NCBI GenBank assembly: GCA_045638325.1
Contig: JAZUBE010000110.1
Span: 1-32,927 of the forward strand
DNA from: Eubacteriales bacterium
GTDB taxonomy: Bacteria > Bacillota > Clostridia > Oscillospirales > CAG-272
Reading direction: 5' to 3'
DNA: 32,927 nt
The notes beneath the pieces are model-generated. The model had not been told where the DNA came from. It worked only from the letters and a program-made list of their open reading frames with translations, and did not search any database. The position numbers and the translations under genes are program-made. Below, piece by piece: positions 15,606 to 26,327 of the stretch. Each line of letters starts with the position of its first letter. Position 1 is the first letter of the stretch.

Positions 15606-16211
15606 TTATCCCCGATTTTTTATGATCTTCATTCGTGAGAACTCCTCACGCTCCTTTTCCTCAAGGACTGCTGTGATCTCTCGGATAGTCTTTTCCGCTT
15701 CGGGGATTATAATATTTTTCAGCGCTTTTGCACGCTTTTGAGTCTTTTTGATCGCATCTGCCAGGCGATACACACTGTTTTCCACCTCAGCCATGACTGC
15801 CGTAAGTTTTTTTACCTCGGCAAATCTCATGTATGCCTCGTCAAGTACGGAATTTGACTCCGCAAGTCCGTAAGGGGGTATTGTTGCCATAGATTTGTCA
15901 CATTCCACCATGGGTATTTCAACGCCCATGACACTGCGGTATCTTATGGAAAGACTGTCGTCAAAGGGAACATCCTCTGCAAGATCTCTGCGGATGCCCC
16001 CGGTGATATTTGCACGCTGAAGGGCGGCGTATGCTGCACCGAAGGTGGAATCTATACGTCCGTGGAGATCCGTTGCGGTATCGATGAGCTGCATCATCTC
16101 ACGGATGAGGATATTCCGTTTTTTATCCAGCAGTTCATATCCCGTACGGGCAAGCTCCAGCCGCTTTTTCTCGGCCAGGAGATTTCCTTTTGTCGGTGCG
16201 ATCTTTGCCAT
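15606..16211 (-). CDS. ntpD: V-type ATP synthase subunit D
   Basis: The N-terminus MAKIAPTKGNLLAEKKRLELARTGYELLDKKRNILIREM is typical of V/A-type subunit D. Last gene of the operon. Confidence 0.9.
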   Translation of the reverse strand: MAKIAPTKGNLLAEKKRLELARTGYELLDKKRNILIREMMQLIDTATDLHGRIDSTFGAAYAALQRANITGGIRRDLAEDVPFDDSLSIRYRSVMGVEIPMVECDKSMATIPPYGLAESNSVLDEAYMRFAEVKKLTAVMAEVENSVYRLADAIKKTQKRAKALKNIIIPEAEKTIREITAVLEEKEREEFSRMKIIKNRG

Positions 16212-16216
16212 AAACC

Positions 16217-17590
16217 TTACCCCTTGTAATATTTATCAAGTATTTCGTCTTCGATCCTTGCAAGTTCACTGCGAGGCAGAGCTGACAGCACATCCCAGCA
16301 CAAATCGAGAGATTTTTCCATTGATCTGTATTCATCGGGACGCTGAGCAAGGATACGTGTCTCAAAGAGTCTGCCGAATTCAAGGTATTTCTTGTCCTCG
16401 TCGGAAAGCTCCTCTTCTCCGATAACGGAGGCGAGAGAACGGGCATCCATTACCTTTGCATAGCAGGCAAAGAGCTGTCCTGACAGAGCTGAATGGTCTT
16501 CTCTTGTGAAACCCTGACCTATTCCGTCCTTCATAAGACGTGAAAGCGAAGGAAGCACAGATACGGGAGGATATATTCCGCTCATTCCGAGAGCACGGTC
16601 AAGTACTATCTGTCCCTCGGTGATGTATCCCGTAAGATCGGGTACGGGGTGAGTGATGTCATCTCCGGGCATGGTGAGAATCGGGAGCTGTGTTACTGAG
16701 CCGTTTCGGCCTTTCACGATTCCCGCACGCTCGAAAAGAGACGCAAGATCGGAGTAAAGGTAACCGGGGAAACCTTTTCTTCCGGGAATCTCACCTTTGG
16801 AGGAGGAGAACTCACGAAGAGCCTCTGCATATGAGGTCATATCAGTCATTATAACGAGGACGTGCATGTTTTCCTCGTAAGCGAGGTATTCCGCAGCAGT
16901 GAGTGCACATCTCGGTGTGAGGATTCTTTCAACGATAGGATCGCTTGCGAGATTGCGGAACATTACAACTCTGCCCGATGCGCCTGATTCAATGAAGCTG
17001 CGGCGGAAATATTCTGCAACGTCGTTCTTGATTCCCATAGCCGCAAAGACGATACAGAAATTTGCATCATCCTCACCTGCAAGGCGTGCCTGACGGGCGA
17101 TCTGGGCGGCGAGCTCGTTGTGACTCATACCGGAGCCTGAGAATATGGGGAGCTTCTGACCTCTGATGAGTGTTATCATCACGTCAATGGAGGATATACC
17201 CGTACAGATGTAGTTCTGAGGGTATGTTCTTGATACGGGATTTATGGGGAGACCGTTTATGCTGCGACGCACACCTGAGTACACAGTACCCTTTCCATCT
17301 GCGGGTCTGCCTGCGCCGTCGAATACACGGCCCAGCATCTCACGGGACAGGGGAAGCTCAATGGGATGACCGAGGAATCTTGTCTTTGTATTGTCAAGTG
17401 AGATTCCCGCAGTGCCTTCAAACACCTGTATTACGGTGCGTTCTTCATCTATCTGAACAACTCGTCCCTGACGGACGGCACCCGAGCTTGTGCGGATCTC
17501 TGCCATTTCTTCGTTTTTTATGCCCGGGATCCTTTTCAGCACCAGAAGCGGTCCCGAAATTTCCGTGGCACCCTTGTAATCTATTATCAT
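16217..17590 (-). CDS. ntpB: V-type ATP synthase subunit B
   Basis: 457 aa of the non-catalytic A/B family, with conserved blocks such as [18 protein letters not shown] and [22 protein letters not shown]. Confidence 0.93.
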   Translation of the reverse strand: MIIDYKGATEISGPLLVLKRIPGIKNEEMAEIRTSSGAVRQGRVVQIDEERTVIQVFEGTAGISLDNTKTRFLGHPIELPLSREMLGRVFDGAGRPADGKGTVYSGVRRSINGLPINPVSRTYPQNYICTGISSIDVMITLIRGQKLPIFSGSGMSHNELAAQIARQARLAGEDDANFCIVFAAMGIKNDVAEYFRRSFIESGASGRVVMFRNLASDPIVERILTPRCALTAAEYLAYEENMHVLVIMTDMTSYAEALREFSSSKGEIPGRKGFPGYLYSDLASLFERAGIVKGRNGSVTQLPILTMPGDDITHPVPDLTGYITEGQIVLDRALGMSGIYPPVSVLPSLSRLMKDGIGQGFTREDHSALSGQLFACYAKVMDARSLASVIGEEELSDEDKKYLEFGRLFETRILAQRPDEYRSMEKSLDLCWDVLSALPRSELARIEDEILDKYYKG

Positions 17591-17625
17591 AACTAAATCC
17601 TTTTTGCGTATGATCGCAGATCTGT

Positions 17626-19374
17626 TTATCTTACTTTTTCAAGAGCATCGTCGATCTCACGGATATATTCGTCGAATTTTGAGAGATCGTCATTGGGGAT
17701 ATCGTATTTCATGCGGTTCAGCTTTTCAAAGAGGCCGAGTCGGCGTATCTGTGAGATCGGAACTGCAGAGGATATGAGCTTTGATGCTCCGTCGTGAAGA
17801 TGAAGGATGACCTCCATCATGCGACGCTGCTTTTCCAGGGGAACGTAGGTGTCGTCCTTGTGGAAAGCATTCTGCTGCAAAAATCCCTGGCGGATAACGG
17901 CAGCCGTTTCGAGAATAAGCTTCTGATCGTCGGGGAGAACATCTGCGCCTATGAGCTTTACGATTTCCATAAGACGGTCTTCCTCACCGAGGAGGTGTGA
18001 TACTCTCTGTTTGTATTCACGGAAATTATCTCCGCCGTTTTCATCAAACCAATCCTCAAGATCCACACCGTATTCACTGTAGCTGAGGATCCAGTTTATC
18101 GCAGGGTAATGTCTTGCGTATGCAAGGGACTTGTCCAGAGCCCAGAAGGTTCTGACAAATCTTTTGGTATTCTGGGTTACGGGTTCTGAGAAGTCGGATC
18201 CCTGAGGAGATACCGCACCGATAATGGTGACGGAGCCTTCCTTGCCGCCGAATGAAAGTGTACGTCCCGCGCGTTCGTAAAATTCCGAAAGGCGTGAGGG
18301 AAGATATGCGGGGAAGCCTTCCTCTGCAGGCATTTCTTCGAGTCTGCCTGATATCTCACGGAGAGCCTCTGCCCAGCGTGAAGTGGAATCTGCCATTATT
18401 GCCACGTGATATCCCATGTCACGGTAATACTCCGCAAGAGTAATTCCGGTGTAGATAGATGCCTCTCGTGCCGCAACGGGCATATTTGAGGTGTTTGCGA
18501 TGAGGCAGGTGCGCTCGGTCATGGGTCTGTTCGTTCTCGGATCGATAAGAGACGAGAATTCGTCAAGAACCTGTGACATTTCGTTTCCTCTCTCACCGCA
18601 TCCCACGTAGATTATCATATCTGCATCACACCATTTTGCAAGCTGGTGCTGAGTCATGGTCTTTCCCGTGCCGAATCCGCCCGGCACTGCGGCAGTACCA
18701 CCTTTTGCTACGGGGAAAAGGGTATCTATGATTCTCTGTCCCGTGATCAGGGGAACTGTCATGGGGAGACGTTCCTTTACAGGGCGTGGAGTACGTATAG
18801 GCCAGCGGTGAGCGAGGAAAAGCTCTTTTTCCTCACCCGAAGGGGTACGGAGCTTTACAACAGGCTCGGTGATGGTATAATCTCCGTCGGGGGCAACCCA
18901 TATTACCTCTCCCGAAATATCCGGCGGTACAAGGGAGCGATGAGTCACAGACTCTGTCTCGCGGACCTCAGCGATGATATCACCGCCACGGAGAGCATCT
19001 CCTATCTTTGCGATAACTCTGGTCTTCCACTTTGTTTCTTCAGAGAGAAGCGATACCTTTGAGCCTCTTGTGATGAAGGCGCCGTCTATCTTTTCCAGCT
19101 CCTTAAGAGGACGCTCTATACCGTCAAATATGTTATTCATGATACCGGGGCCGAGCATGATGCTCATGGGAGCACCTGTACCCTCAACCGGCTCACCGAG
19201 GGCGAGTCCCTCAGTTTCCTCGTATACCTGAATGGTGGAGACACCGCCGGACAGTCCGATCACCTCTCCGATGAGGCGTGAATGTCCCACATAGACCATC
19301 TCCATCATGAAAAATCCCGAGCTGCCTGCGGTTACTACGGGACCGCTTATTCCTTTTATAACAGAACTTGCCAT
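17626..19374 (-). CDS. ntpA: V-type ATP synthase catalytic subunit A
   Basis: 582 aa with Walker A ([10 protein letters not shown]) and the V/A-type A-subunit blocks [10 protein letters not shown] and [19 protein letters not shown]. Confidence 0.95.
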   Translation of the reverse strand: MASSVIKGISGPVVTAGSSGFFMMEMVYVGHSRLIGEVIGLSGGVSTIQVYEETEGLALGEPVEGTGAPMSIMLGPGIMNNIFDGIERPLKELEKIDGAFITRGSKVSLLSEETKWKTRVIAKIGDALRGGDIIAEVRETESVTHRSLVPPDISGEVIWVAPDGDYTITEPVVKLRTPSGEEKELFLAHRWPIRTPRPVKERLPMTVPLITGQRIIDTLFPVAKGGTAAVPGGFGTGKTMTQHQLAKWCDADMIIYVGCGERGNEMSQVLDEFSSLIDPRTNRPMTERTCLIANTSNMPVAAREASIYTGITLAEYYRDMGYHVAIMADSTSRWAEALREISGRLEEMPAEEGFPAYLPSRLSEFYERAGRTLSFGGKEGSVTIIGAVSPQGSDFSEPVTQNTKRFVRTFWALDKSLAYARHYPAINWILSYSEYGVDLEDWFDENGGDNFREYKQRVSHLLGEEDRLMEIVKLIGADVLPDDQKLILETAAVIRQGFLQQNAFHKDDTYVPLEKQRRMMEVILHLHDGASKLISSAVPISQIRRLGLFEKLNRMKYDIPNDDLSKFDEYIREIDDALEKVR

Positions 19375-19387
19375 AATAAAACCATCC

Positions 19388-19969
19388 TTAAACTACTGAC
19401 AGACCCGATTCTTTTGTGAATTCCTCTCGTGCAAGGAGCAGACGTGTGTCAAGTGTACAGTCCAGCTCCATCTCATCACATATACCGCGGATACCACCCA
19501 GCTTTATGGTGGGATCGACGATTACGGTGATACCTGTGACAGATTCAAGAGACTGCGCCATGTCCATATCAGATTCTCCTACACGAAGGGTACAAGAGTT
19601 ACATCCTTCCATATGTTCCGATATCTTAACGGCATCACGGGCAAGAGAATTTCTGTAATCTGCAGTATCGCGATACTTTTCGAGCCGTTTTTTTATCTCC
19701 GAGAATACCTCATTGGTTATTGATTCACGGCGGTCAATGATGACCTGTCGTATCTCCGATTCTCCGTGAGCCACATTTTCCGCACCGATGCGCTCTGCCT
19801 TGGCATATTCGCGGCGACGGTGAGAATCGGCGTACCGCTGAAGCTCGGCCTTGTATTCTCTGAGTGCCGCATCACCTGCACGGTCGATCTCCTGTATCAT
19901 TTTCTGTGATCTTTCCGCAGCGGCGCTGTACACCGTATCAAGGAAAGTCTCAATCTTTTTATCAGCCAT
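19388..19969 (-). CDS. ntpE: V-type ATP synthase subunit E
   Basis: Coiled-coil N-terminal half and globular C-terminal half (VDPTIKLGGIRGICDEMELDCTLDTRL). The ATG at 19969 (MADKK) has RBS AGGAG 12 nt upstream and is preferred over the track start at 20014. Confidence 0.8.
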   Translation of the reverse strand: MADKKIETFLDTVYSAAAERSQKMIQEIDRAGDAALREYKAELQRYADSHRRREYAKAERIGAENVAHGESEIRQVIIDRRESITNEVFSEIKKRLEKYRDTADYRNSLARDAVKISEHMEGCNSCTLRVGESDMDMAQSLESVTGITVIVDPTIKLGGIRGICDEMELDCTLDTRLLLAREEFTKESGLSVV

Positions 19970-20054
19970 TGTAATGTTATCTCCTGAATTTTGTTGGAGG
20001 AGGGATAATATCATATCCCGAAACTCACTTCGTCAGGCTTGTGCCTGTCGGGTG

Positions 20055-20363
20055 TCAGACATTTATACCCACAGCCTCGCGTACATATCTGAGCATTGCA
20101 TCGCTTACACCCGAGCCACCGTGACGGTCCGGGATCTCAACGATAAGAGGTCTGGGACATGTCAGCTTGAGATGATAGATGTCATCGCGGCAAAGTGATA
20201 CCAGCTTTTGAGTGATGAGGATAACACCTGTATCCTCCATATCCATTGCCCTGAGGAGAGACTGTCGTACCTCTTCCTCCTCATGGATTACCTCACCGGG
20301 AATACCTGCGAGGCGCATTCCCACAACGGTGTCAATATTGTCGCTGAGAAGATAGAATTTCAC
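20055..20363 (-). CDS. V-type ATP synthase subunit F
   Basis: 102 aa. MKFYLLSDNIDTVVGMRLAGI... is typical of subunit F. GTG start, immediately after the K-subunit stop. Confidence 0.8.
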   Translation of the reverse strand: MKFYLLSDNIDTVVGMRLAGIPGEVIHEEEEVRQSLLRAMDMEDTGVILITQKLVSLCRDDIYHLKLTCPRPLIVEIPDRHGGSGVSDAMLRYVREAVGINV

Positions 20364-20366
20364 GGC

Positions 20367-20870
20367 TCAGACCTTCGCAAGAATCAGGATGGATACAAGA
20401 AGTCCGTAAAGAGCAATACCCTCACCAAGAGCAACGAAGATAAGTGCTTTACCGAACGCCTTGGGGTCCTCTGAGGTCGCACCGATTGCAGCGGGGGCAC
20501 CTGCTGCAACTGCAATACCGCCACCGATACCGGAAAGTCCGGTAACCACCGCTGCGGCGATGTACGCCATGCCTGCGGCAAATCCACCGTCGCCTGTAAT
20601 CTCAGTTTTTTCTTCGGTCTTTTCTTCGTTTTCAGCCTCGGTGGCACCGATGGTAACAGTACTGTCTGCAGAAGGTTCAGCGGCAGCGGAAGGAAGCGCG
20701 GAAGCTCCTATGCAGAGAATTGCTGCTGCAGCAACGAACATGCACATCTGACGAACTACTGCGCTCTTTGCGGATGTGCCGTTTCTGTGAGTGCGGATTG
20801 CGTAGGTAACTGTTGCGATAAGCACCGCAAAAGGTGCAAGCATAAGAAGTGTTGTGAAAAATGTTGTCAT
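20367..20870 (-). CDS. ntpK: V-type ATP synthase proteolipid subunit K (c) with an unusual ~95-aa N-terminal extension
   Basis: The C-terminal ~70 aa form a single c-subunit hairpin carrying the ion-binding Glu (GLSGIGGGIAVAAGAPAAIG...IFVALGEGIALYGLLVSILI). The strong RBS GGAGGA before the ATG at 20870 supports the long form. Confidence 0.85.
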   Translation of the reverse strand: MTTFFTTLLMLAPFAVLIATVTYAIRTHRNGTSAKSAVVRQMCMFVAAAAILCIGASALPSAAAEPSADSTVTIGATEAENEEKTEEKTEITGDGGFAAGMAYIAAAVVTGLSGIGGGIAVAAGAPAAIGATSEDPKAFGKALIFVALGEGIALYGLLVSILILAKV

Positions 20871-20983
20871 GATGATATCCTCCGGTTTTGTTTTTGCGAT
20901 AACCCCATGAAAATGGGGGCAAATTTTGTTTCCTGTATATCCCTATTTCTGTATTTCAGGGGAGATACGTGTGTTTTACGGTA

Positions 20984-22912
20984 TTACTTTTTACCCACAG
21001 GAGTAAAAGCTCTGCCGCCACCCTCAAAGAAGCGGCTGAACATTTCGTAGAATTCAAGTCTCAGTACCTGAATGGCAACGAGGAGTCCCTCAAGAGCACT
21101 GACGATAACATTACCGATAATAACTATGGCAATGTATCCCACTCCCGAGGTCATTTCAGCCAGTGTGAATACTACCATCATCATACCTGCGTGAACAAGC
21201 ACGAATGCACCTACACGAAGGAATGACATAGTGTTTGTAACATAAGAGAGGCAGGTCTCAAAAAGCTCAAAGAAGCTCTGTGCAACGTAATTTCCCCATT
21301 CAAAGCCGTGAAGATGCTCACGCTCACCGTTTACGAGCATACCGAGAGGCTCCTTCAGGAATATGAGCACAAGGGGAAGTACGATCAGCAGAAGAATGTA
21401 TACCGTGCTCATAACGCTCATTCCGAGGAACAGATCACATACAAGTCCTGCGGCAAGAGATACGTAAAATACAAGTCCCGGAATACCGTTTGCCCCGAAA
21501 AGCAGATTTTCGAGATCGCGCCGTTTTATACACACAAAAATATTTATAAGCATAGCCGTGGCGACAAGCACAAGTCCTATTCCCACAGCGGCATAAATGA
21601 TCATGTTTGTGGTGGCAGGTTCCATTACCTCAATTGGCTTTTCCTCCCAGCCGAACAGCTTCTCGTACAAGGGATCGAGCACGTGTTCAAATCCGAATAC
21701 CGAGCCGAACACACATCCGAATATTGCCGAGGAAATACCGCATCTCATGAGTATCGGGCCGATCGCCATTCCCATGAATTTCCACATTACAAATCCTGCG
21801 GCAGATACGAGAAGTCCCTGACCGAGATCTCCGAACATTATTCCGAACAGGATAATGTAGGTGAACGCTACAAACGGTGTAGGATCCACATCCTTATAGG
21901 AGGGCATGCCATACATATCCACAAACATCTCAAAGGGACGTGTGAGCCATGAGTTCTTCAGTTTGACGGGAGGATTGGCATCCTCGGCAGAGTCAGGACC
22001 GTCAACGGAAACGTCAACACCCTCAAGAGAGGACAATTCCCGGATGAGCTTCTTTCCCTCATGCGAGGGAACCCATCCTGCGAGAACAAATTTGTCATCA
22101 TAAGTCGCAGCGAATCTCTGCATATCGGCAATATCGCTTTCATCTGCCATTGCGGCGGCGATAGCTGATATTCTGCCCGATTTTTCTGTCCAGAGTCGGT
22201 TTGCCTCATTTTCTGCATCGGAGATAGCCTTCTCTGTATTTTTGATATCACTTTTCAGCATTTCGTACCGTGTCTCAACGGTCATGTCGGACTCGGGAAC
22301 GAATATCCTTTCAAAGTGAAGTACAGACAGGATTCTGTCCATCTCCTTTGAATATGACTTCGGTGAGAAGATAACGCAATACGTAAATCCCTCAGCCTCG
22401 GTGCATTTGAAAGCGAACATCTTGCCCTCGCGGTCTCTTTCCCCGAACATTGCAAAGCAGGTTTTCGGCATTCTTCCGAATCTTATGGAAGTGTATTCCA
22501 GCGAAAGAAGTTCTTTCATGTTAAGGGACAGTCCCACGAAGTGAGACAGCTTTTCTTCCTTTACCGTGATTTCCGAAAGACTTTTCTTGTGTGTTTCGAT
22601 CATGCCTGACAGTTCACCCATTGCTATAGCAAACTCATCCGCTTCACGGATAAGTGAGGCCTTGTCGTCGGTAATTGCAGGCTCTGCTGTCTCATTAAGC
22701 TCAGCACCCGCCGGGAGTGCTGTTATCAGCCTTTCTCTTGCCGCAGCCCAGGGGTTGTCACGGCGCATCGGAGAAATATTTTCATTTGCCTTGTACAAAG
22801 ACAGGGCGTCCTCCGGCTGGAAAAGACCGGAGCTGCCGGTAAGTCTCGCCACAGTGGCGAACATGGACATGGGACCGGCGATATTAAGAAGTTTCATTGA
22901 AGCAACTGCCAT
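20984..22912 (-). CDS. ntpI: V-type ATP synthase subunit I (a)
   Basis: 642 aa. Soluble N-terminal half and polytopic C-terminal half containing the conserved block LSYVTNTMSFLRVGAFVLVHAGM (essential Arg context). Confidence 0.9.
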   Translation of the reverse strand: MAVASMKLLNIAGPMSMFATVARLTGSSGLFQPEDALSLYKANENISPMRRDNPWAAARERLITALPAGAELNETAEPAITDDKASLIREADEFAIAMGELSGMIETHKKSLSEITVKEEKLSHFVGLSLNMKELLSLEYTSIRFGRMPKTCFAMFGERDREGKMFAFKCTEAEGFTYCVIFSPKSYSKEMDRILSVLHFERIFVPESDMTVETRYEMLKSDIKNTEKAISDAENEANRLWTEKSGRISAIAAAMADESDIADMQRFAATYDDKFVLAGWVPSHEGKKLIRELSSLEGVDVSVDGPDSAEDANPPVKLKNSWLTRPFEMFVDMYGMPSYKDVDPTPFVAFTYIILFGIMFGDLGQGLLVSAAGFVMWKFMGMAIGPILMRCGISSAIFGCVFGSVFGFEHVLDPLYEKLFGWEEKPIEVMEPATTNMIIYAAVGIGLVLVATAMLINIFVCIKRRDLENLLFGANGIPGLVFYVSLAAGLVCDLFLGMSVMSTVYILLLIVLPLVLIFLKEPLGMLVNGEREHLHGFEWGNYVAQSFFELFETCLSYVTNTMSFLRVGAFVLVHAGMMMVVFTLAEMTSGVGYIAIVIIGNVIVSALEGLLVAIQVLRLEFYEMFSRFFEGGGRAFTPVGKK

Positions 22913-22952
22913 AATGCTCCTTTCTCATGAGGACTGTGTCCCATGAAACGTG

Positions 22953-24014
22953 TTATGCTTTTTTGCCCTCAGGCAGAATGAGAAGCCCCATTATCTCAGA
23001 GGGGGCAAGACCGTATCGTATTCCTTCGACGATCTTTATTATATTTGATACTTCTGTTTCCGACAGATGGAGATAGGAGATCATAACTACTGTGGGATGA
23101 GGAGAGAAGTATATCTCATGCCAGCATCTTTTCAGAAGATATCTGTCCGTCAGCTCATCGATATGCCGGCATCTGTCAAGCTCGCCGAGCTTTTTTCTGA
23201 ACGCCTTCATCTTCGATGCCTCAGCAAGTACCGCACCTGAATTGCTGCACTGTGCAAGACGGACTGCGTTTTCTTTCATCACATTTCCGTGAGGAATGAG
23301 AGATGTTCTTATATACTCGGGTGAAGCTGAGCTGAAATAATCCTTCAGCCGTATTACACGGATTAGGTTCTCAAGATCGATCTTTGAGATGAAGATATCC
23401 CTGAGAGTGTCCCGTTCTTCTCCCGAAAGTCCATTGTCAATAAGCTCGAAAAGAAGCCTGTAAAATTCCGAGAGAAGCGCATTTTCATATGTGACGAGCT
23501 CTCCTGTAGGATGCCATCCAAGTCTTTTCAGAACGGGATGAAACACGGAATTCTTAGTGGCTTCAAGAAGCTTGTCATATGTCTGAGCCTGTCCCAGGAG
23601 AGACAGATCAAGGTGAAGTCTGCGGTCAAGAAAGGGGGATGCGGAAAAAACAACTGCTTTTTCTACAGCGGGGGACAACACACGGGACAGGGTCTCGGAA
23701 ATAAGCTCGATCTCCGTAGTGAGAAGGATGTATTCCGCCATCTTTTCGCCTACCGACAGCTCATACCGGCAGAGAGAACTGAATTTCTCGAAATGTCGGT
23801 GGCGGAGAAGATCCTCCAGTTCTTCACGATGGATCGATGCAGGATCTCTTCCTCCGAGAAGATCTCTGTAAGCAGGAAGATTCCCGAGATATGCCGCCGC
23901 TTCCGACACGGACCCTTTCTGTGTCAGAGCTGTATAATCTTCTGTGGTGAGCCGCCTGCCGAACATGGCCCTTGTTTTTGAGAGGATCGCTCCCGATGAC
24001 ATTGATGTGAGCAT
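22953..24014 (-). CDS. ntpC: V-type ATP synthase subunit C (eukaryotic d / AC39 type)
   Basis: 353 aa, all-helical. The N-terminus (ILSKTRAMFGRRLTTEDYTALTQKGSVSEAAAYL) is typical of prokaryotic V-type subunit C. Its position in the operon also fits. Confidence 0.8.
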   Translation of the reverse strand: MLTSMSSGAILSKTRAMFGRRLTTEDYTALTQKGSVSEAAAYLGNLPAYRDLLGGRDPASIHREELEDLLRHRHFEKFSSLCRYELSVGEKMAEYILLTTEIELISETLSRVLSPAVEKAVVFSASPFLDRRLHLDLSLLGQAQTYDKLLEATKNSVFHPVLKRLGWHPTGELVTYENALLSEFYRLLFELIDNGLSGEERDTLRDIFISKIDLENLIRVIRLKDYFSSASPEYIRTSLIPHGNVMKENAVRLAQCSNSGAVLAEASKMKAFRKKLGELDRCRHIDELTDRYLLKRCWHEIYFSPHPTVVMISYLHLSETEVSNIIKIVEGIRYGLAPSEIMGLLILPEGKKA

Positions 24015-24049
24015 GGGCTCACCCCCTTTCGCAGATGAGTTATACGGAT

Positions 24050-24370
24050 TTAAAATTCACCGCCGATTATGCGATCGGTATAGTTTTTTATCCACTCATC
24101 CTTTTTGTTTTTATAAAGCGCCTCCATTGCAGTACAGATCATACCTGCATTTCTGCGGTATTCTTCGGTCTGCAGACTGCCTCTCTTTTCGGATTGCTCC
24201 ATTGCCTGTTTTGATGCGTCGGACAGCTCTTTTTTCAGAGCCTCTTCCATCTCAGCTTTTTTCTGTGCGACCATTGTCGCAGTATCACGGCGATGCTTTT
24301 CAGCTGCCGCAACAGATTCGCGTGCCTTGCGGTCATTTTCGATTATTCGTTCTATTGCCGATGACTGCAT
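24050..24370 (-). CDS. small coiled-coil protein at the head of the V-ATPase operon (possible peripheral-stalk G/H-like subunit)
   Basis: 106 aa from the ATG at 24370, with RBS GGAGGTG. Charged helical sequence (MQSSAIERIIENDRKARESVAAAEKHRR...). The track start at 24583 would overlap the predicted operon promoter. Confidence 0.55.
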   Translation of the reverse strand: MQSSAIERIIENDRKARESVAAAEKHRRDTATMVAQKKAEMEEALKKELSDASKQAMEQSEKRGSLQTEEYRRNAGMICTAMEALYKNKKDEWIKNYTDRIIGGEF

Positions 24371-24416
24371 GATACACCTCCCCGATCGTAATGAACATAC
24401 ATTATTATCTATGGTT

Positions 24417-24445
24417 ATTTTACGCCTGAAAAATACATTAGTCAA
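24417..24445 (-). promoter_or_regulatory. candidate sigma-A promoter of the V-ATPase operon
   Basis: Minus strand reads TTGACT - 17 nt - TAAAAT, about 45 nt upstream of the ATG at 24370. Confidence 0.5.
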
Positions 24446-24646
24446 TAGCAAAAACTGCAGAAAATAATCATGTGGCAAACATTTTATATTGCACTTTGTC
24501 GGACATCGGTACAGTTCCTGTTGAAAACACCTGATTGTGTTATATGCATTAATTGCAAACTGATAATTTTTATCAAAGAGCAATATTATACGGTGCGTAG
24601 TCAGAATATGGGTTTTATTCCTGAGGCGCAGTAGTGAAATAAGCCT

Positions 24647-24675
24647 TGAGGAGGTACGATATACCTCCTCATTTT
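24647..24675 (+). terminator. orphan terminator-like hairpin in the divergent intergenic region
   Basis: 10-bp perfect stem tgaggaggta (24647-24656) / tacctcctca (24662-24671) followed by TTTT. No annotated plus-strand gene lies upstream. Confidence 0.4.
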
Positions 24676-24696
24676 CATAAAAATATTGCGAAAGCC

Positions 24697-24725
24697 TTGT
24701 ACTTCACTGTGGTATTTGGTATAAT
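24697..24725 (+). promoter_or_regulatory. candidate sigma-A promoter for galK
   Basis: TTGTAC - 17 nt - TATAAT, preceded by TGg (extended -10). Lies about 65 nt upstream of the ATG. Confidence 0.5.
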
Positions 24726-24790
24726 AAGATGATACCGCTTTGCGGCTCTTATGAAATAAAAATTTTTACATAAACGGAAGGATTTCTGAA

Positions 24791-26086
24791 ATGAAACTTT
24801 GCGAGCTTAAAAAAATCGTAGCAGACGGCGGACTTGACGCCAAGTTTTCTGCTGAGTGCGGAATTTCCGCAGAAATGATGGAGAATCACCGTGCACGTGT
24901 ACTTGCGGCTGCTGACGAGTTTGGTAAGATGTACGATCCTGCAGGAGAGAGAGACGTATTCCTCTACTCTGTAGGCGGACGCAGTGAGATCTCCGGTAAC
25001 CATACCGATCACAACTACGGCCGTGTTATTGCTGCATCCATCAACCTTGATATTATTGCTATCGCGGCAGCACGTGAGGACGGTGTTGTTAAGGTGAAGT
25101 CCGAGGGATTCCCCGAGGATGTTGTTGAGGCATCTGCGGCTGACGCTCCCGATGAGTCAAAGTTCTTCACCTCTGCTTCTATTATTGCGGGAATGGAGAG
25201 AGCTATGCTTGATGCAGGCTGGAAGGTTGGCGGTTTTGATGCATACACCACTTCAAACGTGCTGAAGGGCTCAGGACTTTCTTCTTCTGCGGCATTTGAG
25301 GTAATGATCGGTAACATCATCTCCCATATGTACAACGACGGTAAGGTCGACAATGTTGACATTGCAAAGATGGCTCAGTTTGCTGAGAACAAGTATTTCG
25401 GTAAGCCTTGCGGACTTATGGATCAGACTGCTTGTGCTGTAGGTGGATTTATCACTATTGATTTCGCTGATCCTACCGCACCCGTTATCAATAAAATGGA
25501 CTTCGATCTCACCGCAAAGGGATATTCTCTCTGCATCGTGAACACCGGAGGAAACCATGCTGACCTCAATGCTGACTACGCATCTGTTCCTGCTGAGATG
25601 AAGGCTGTTGCGGCTGCATTTGGTAAGCCTGTTCTCCGTGGACTTACTGCTTGTGATATTATCTCAAAGATTCCCGAGCTTCGTGAGAAGGTGGGCGACA
25701 GAGCTATTATGCGTGCTATGCACTTTATTGCTGAGAATGACCGTGTTGCGGCTCAGGTAGCAGCTCTTGAGGCTGATGATACAAAGGCGTTCCTTGACGG
25801 CGTTATCGCATCCGGTAACTCCAGCTATAAGTATCTTCAGAACGTATATACTACCAAGAATGTTGAGGAGCAGGGACTGTCTCTCGCTCTTTGCCTGACC
25901 GAGAACAAGCTTGCCGGCACAGGCGCAGCATGGAGAGTACACGGCGGCGGATTCGCAGGTACCATTCAGGCATTCGTTCCTTCCGAGCTTGCTGAGGATT
26001 ACCGCGCGTACATTGACGGCGTATTCGGCGAAGGCTCCTGCTACATCCTTTCTGTAAGACTCGCAGGTGCTACCAGACTCGCCTGA
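24791..26086 (+). CDS. galK: galactokinase family GHMP kinase
   Basis: GHMP motif II (GSGLSSSAAFEV) and motif III (HGGGFAGT). A galactokinase-like N-terminal signature variant (GGRSEISGNHTDHNYGRV) and the block PCGLMDQ are also present. Confidence 0.82.
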   Translation: MKLCELKKIVADGGLDAKFSAECGISAEMMENHRARVLAAADEFGKMYDPAGERDVFLYSVGGRSEISGNHTDHNYGRVIAASINLDIIAIAAAREDGVVKVKSEGFPEDVVEASAADAPDESKFFTSASIIAGMERAMLDAGWKVGGFDAYTTSNVLKGSGLSSSAAFEVMIGNIISHMYNDGKVDNVDIAKMAQFAENKYFGKPCGLMDQTACAVGGFITIDFADPTAPVINKMDFDLTAKGYSLCIVNTGGNHADLNADYASVPAEMKAVAAAFGKPVLRGLTACDIISKIPELREKVGDRAIMRAMHFIAENDRVAAQVAALEADDTKAFLDGVIASGNSSYKYLQNVYTTKNVEEQGLSLALCLTENKLAGTGAAWRVHGGGFAGTIQAFVPSELAEDYRAYIDGVFGEGSCYILSVRLAGATRLA

Positions 26087-26283
26087 CCGGGCTGAGCCCG
26101 GGCGGGCATATATCGGCTAAGATTGGTTTAAGAATAAAGTGCGTCACACGACCATGACGGCTGTTGCGGTGTGGCGCAACAACCTGAATACCATATTTGG
26201 TATAGTAGGGGAGGACGACCACAAACGAAGCGAGTGTGTCGGAAGTGAAGCGGTGGCTTGTCTCCTCCCGAAACGTAAAATCT

Positions 26284-26327
26284 GCACCACACAAACGGGC
26301 GACCGATGATCGTCCCTGCAACGTGAT
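26284..26327. repeat. 44-nt direct repeat, copy 1
   Basis: gcaccacacaaacgggcgaccgatgatcgtccctgcaacgtgat. Matches copy 2 at 41 of 44 positions in the same orientation. Contains an internal hairpin (ggcga...tcg(t)cc). Confidence 0.85.

Noticed and set aside
21308-21952. A 214-aa plus-strand ORF inside the V-ATPase subunit I gene. Similar antisense ORFs occur at 16045..16425, 17170..17592, 18646..19062, 22566..22946, 23511..23981 and 23944..24372.
   Set aside because: All are antisense to strongly supported V-ATPase genes in GC-rich DNA, where long shadow ORFs are expected. None has a convincing RBS or family motif.
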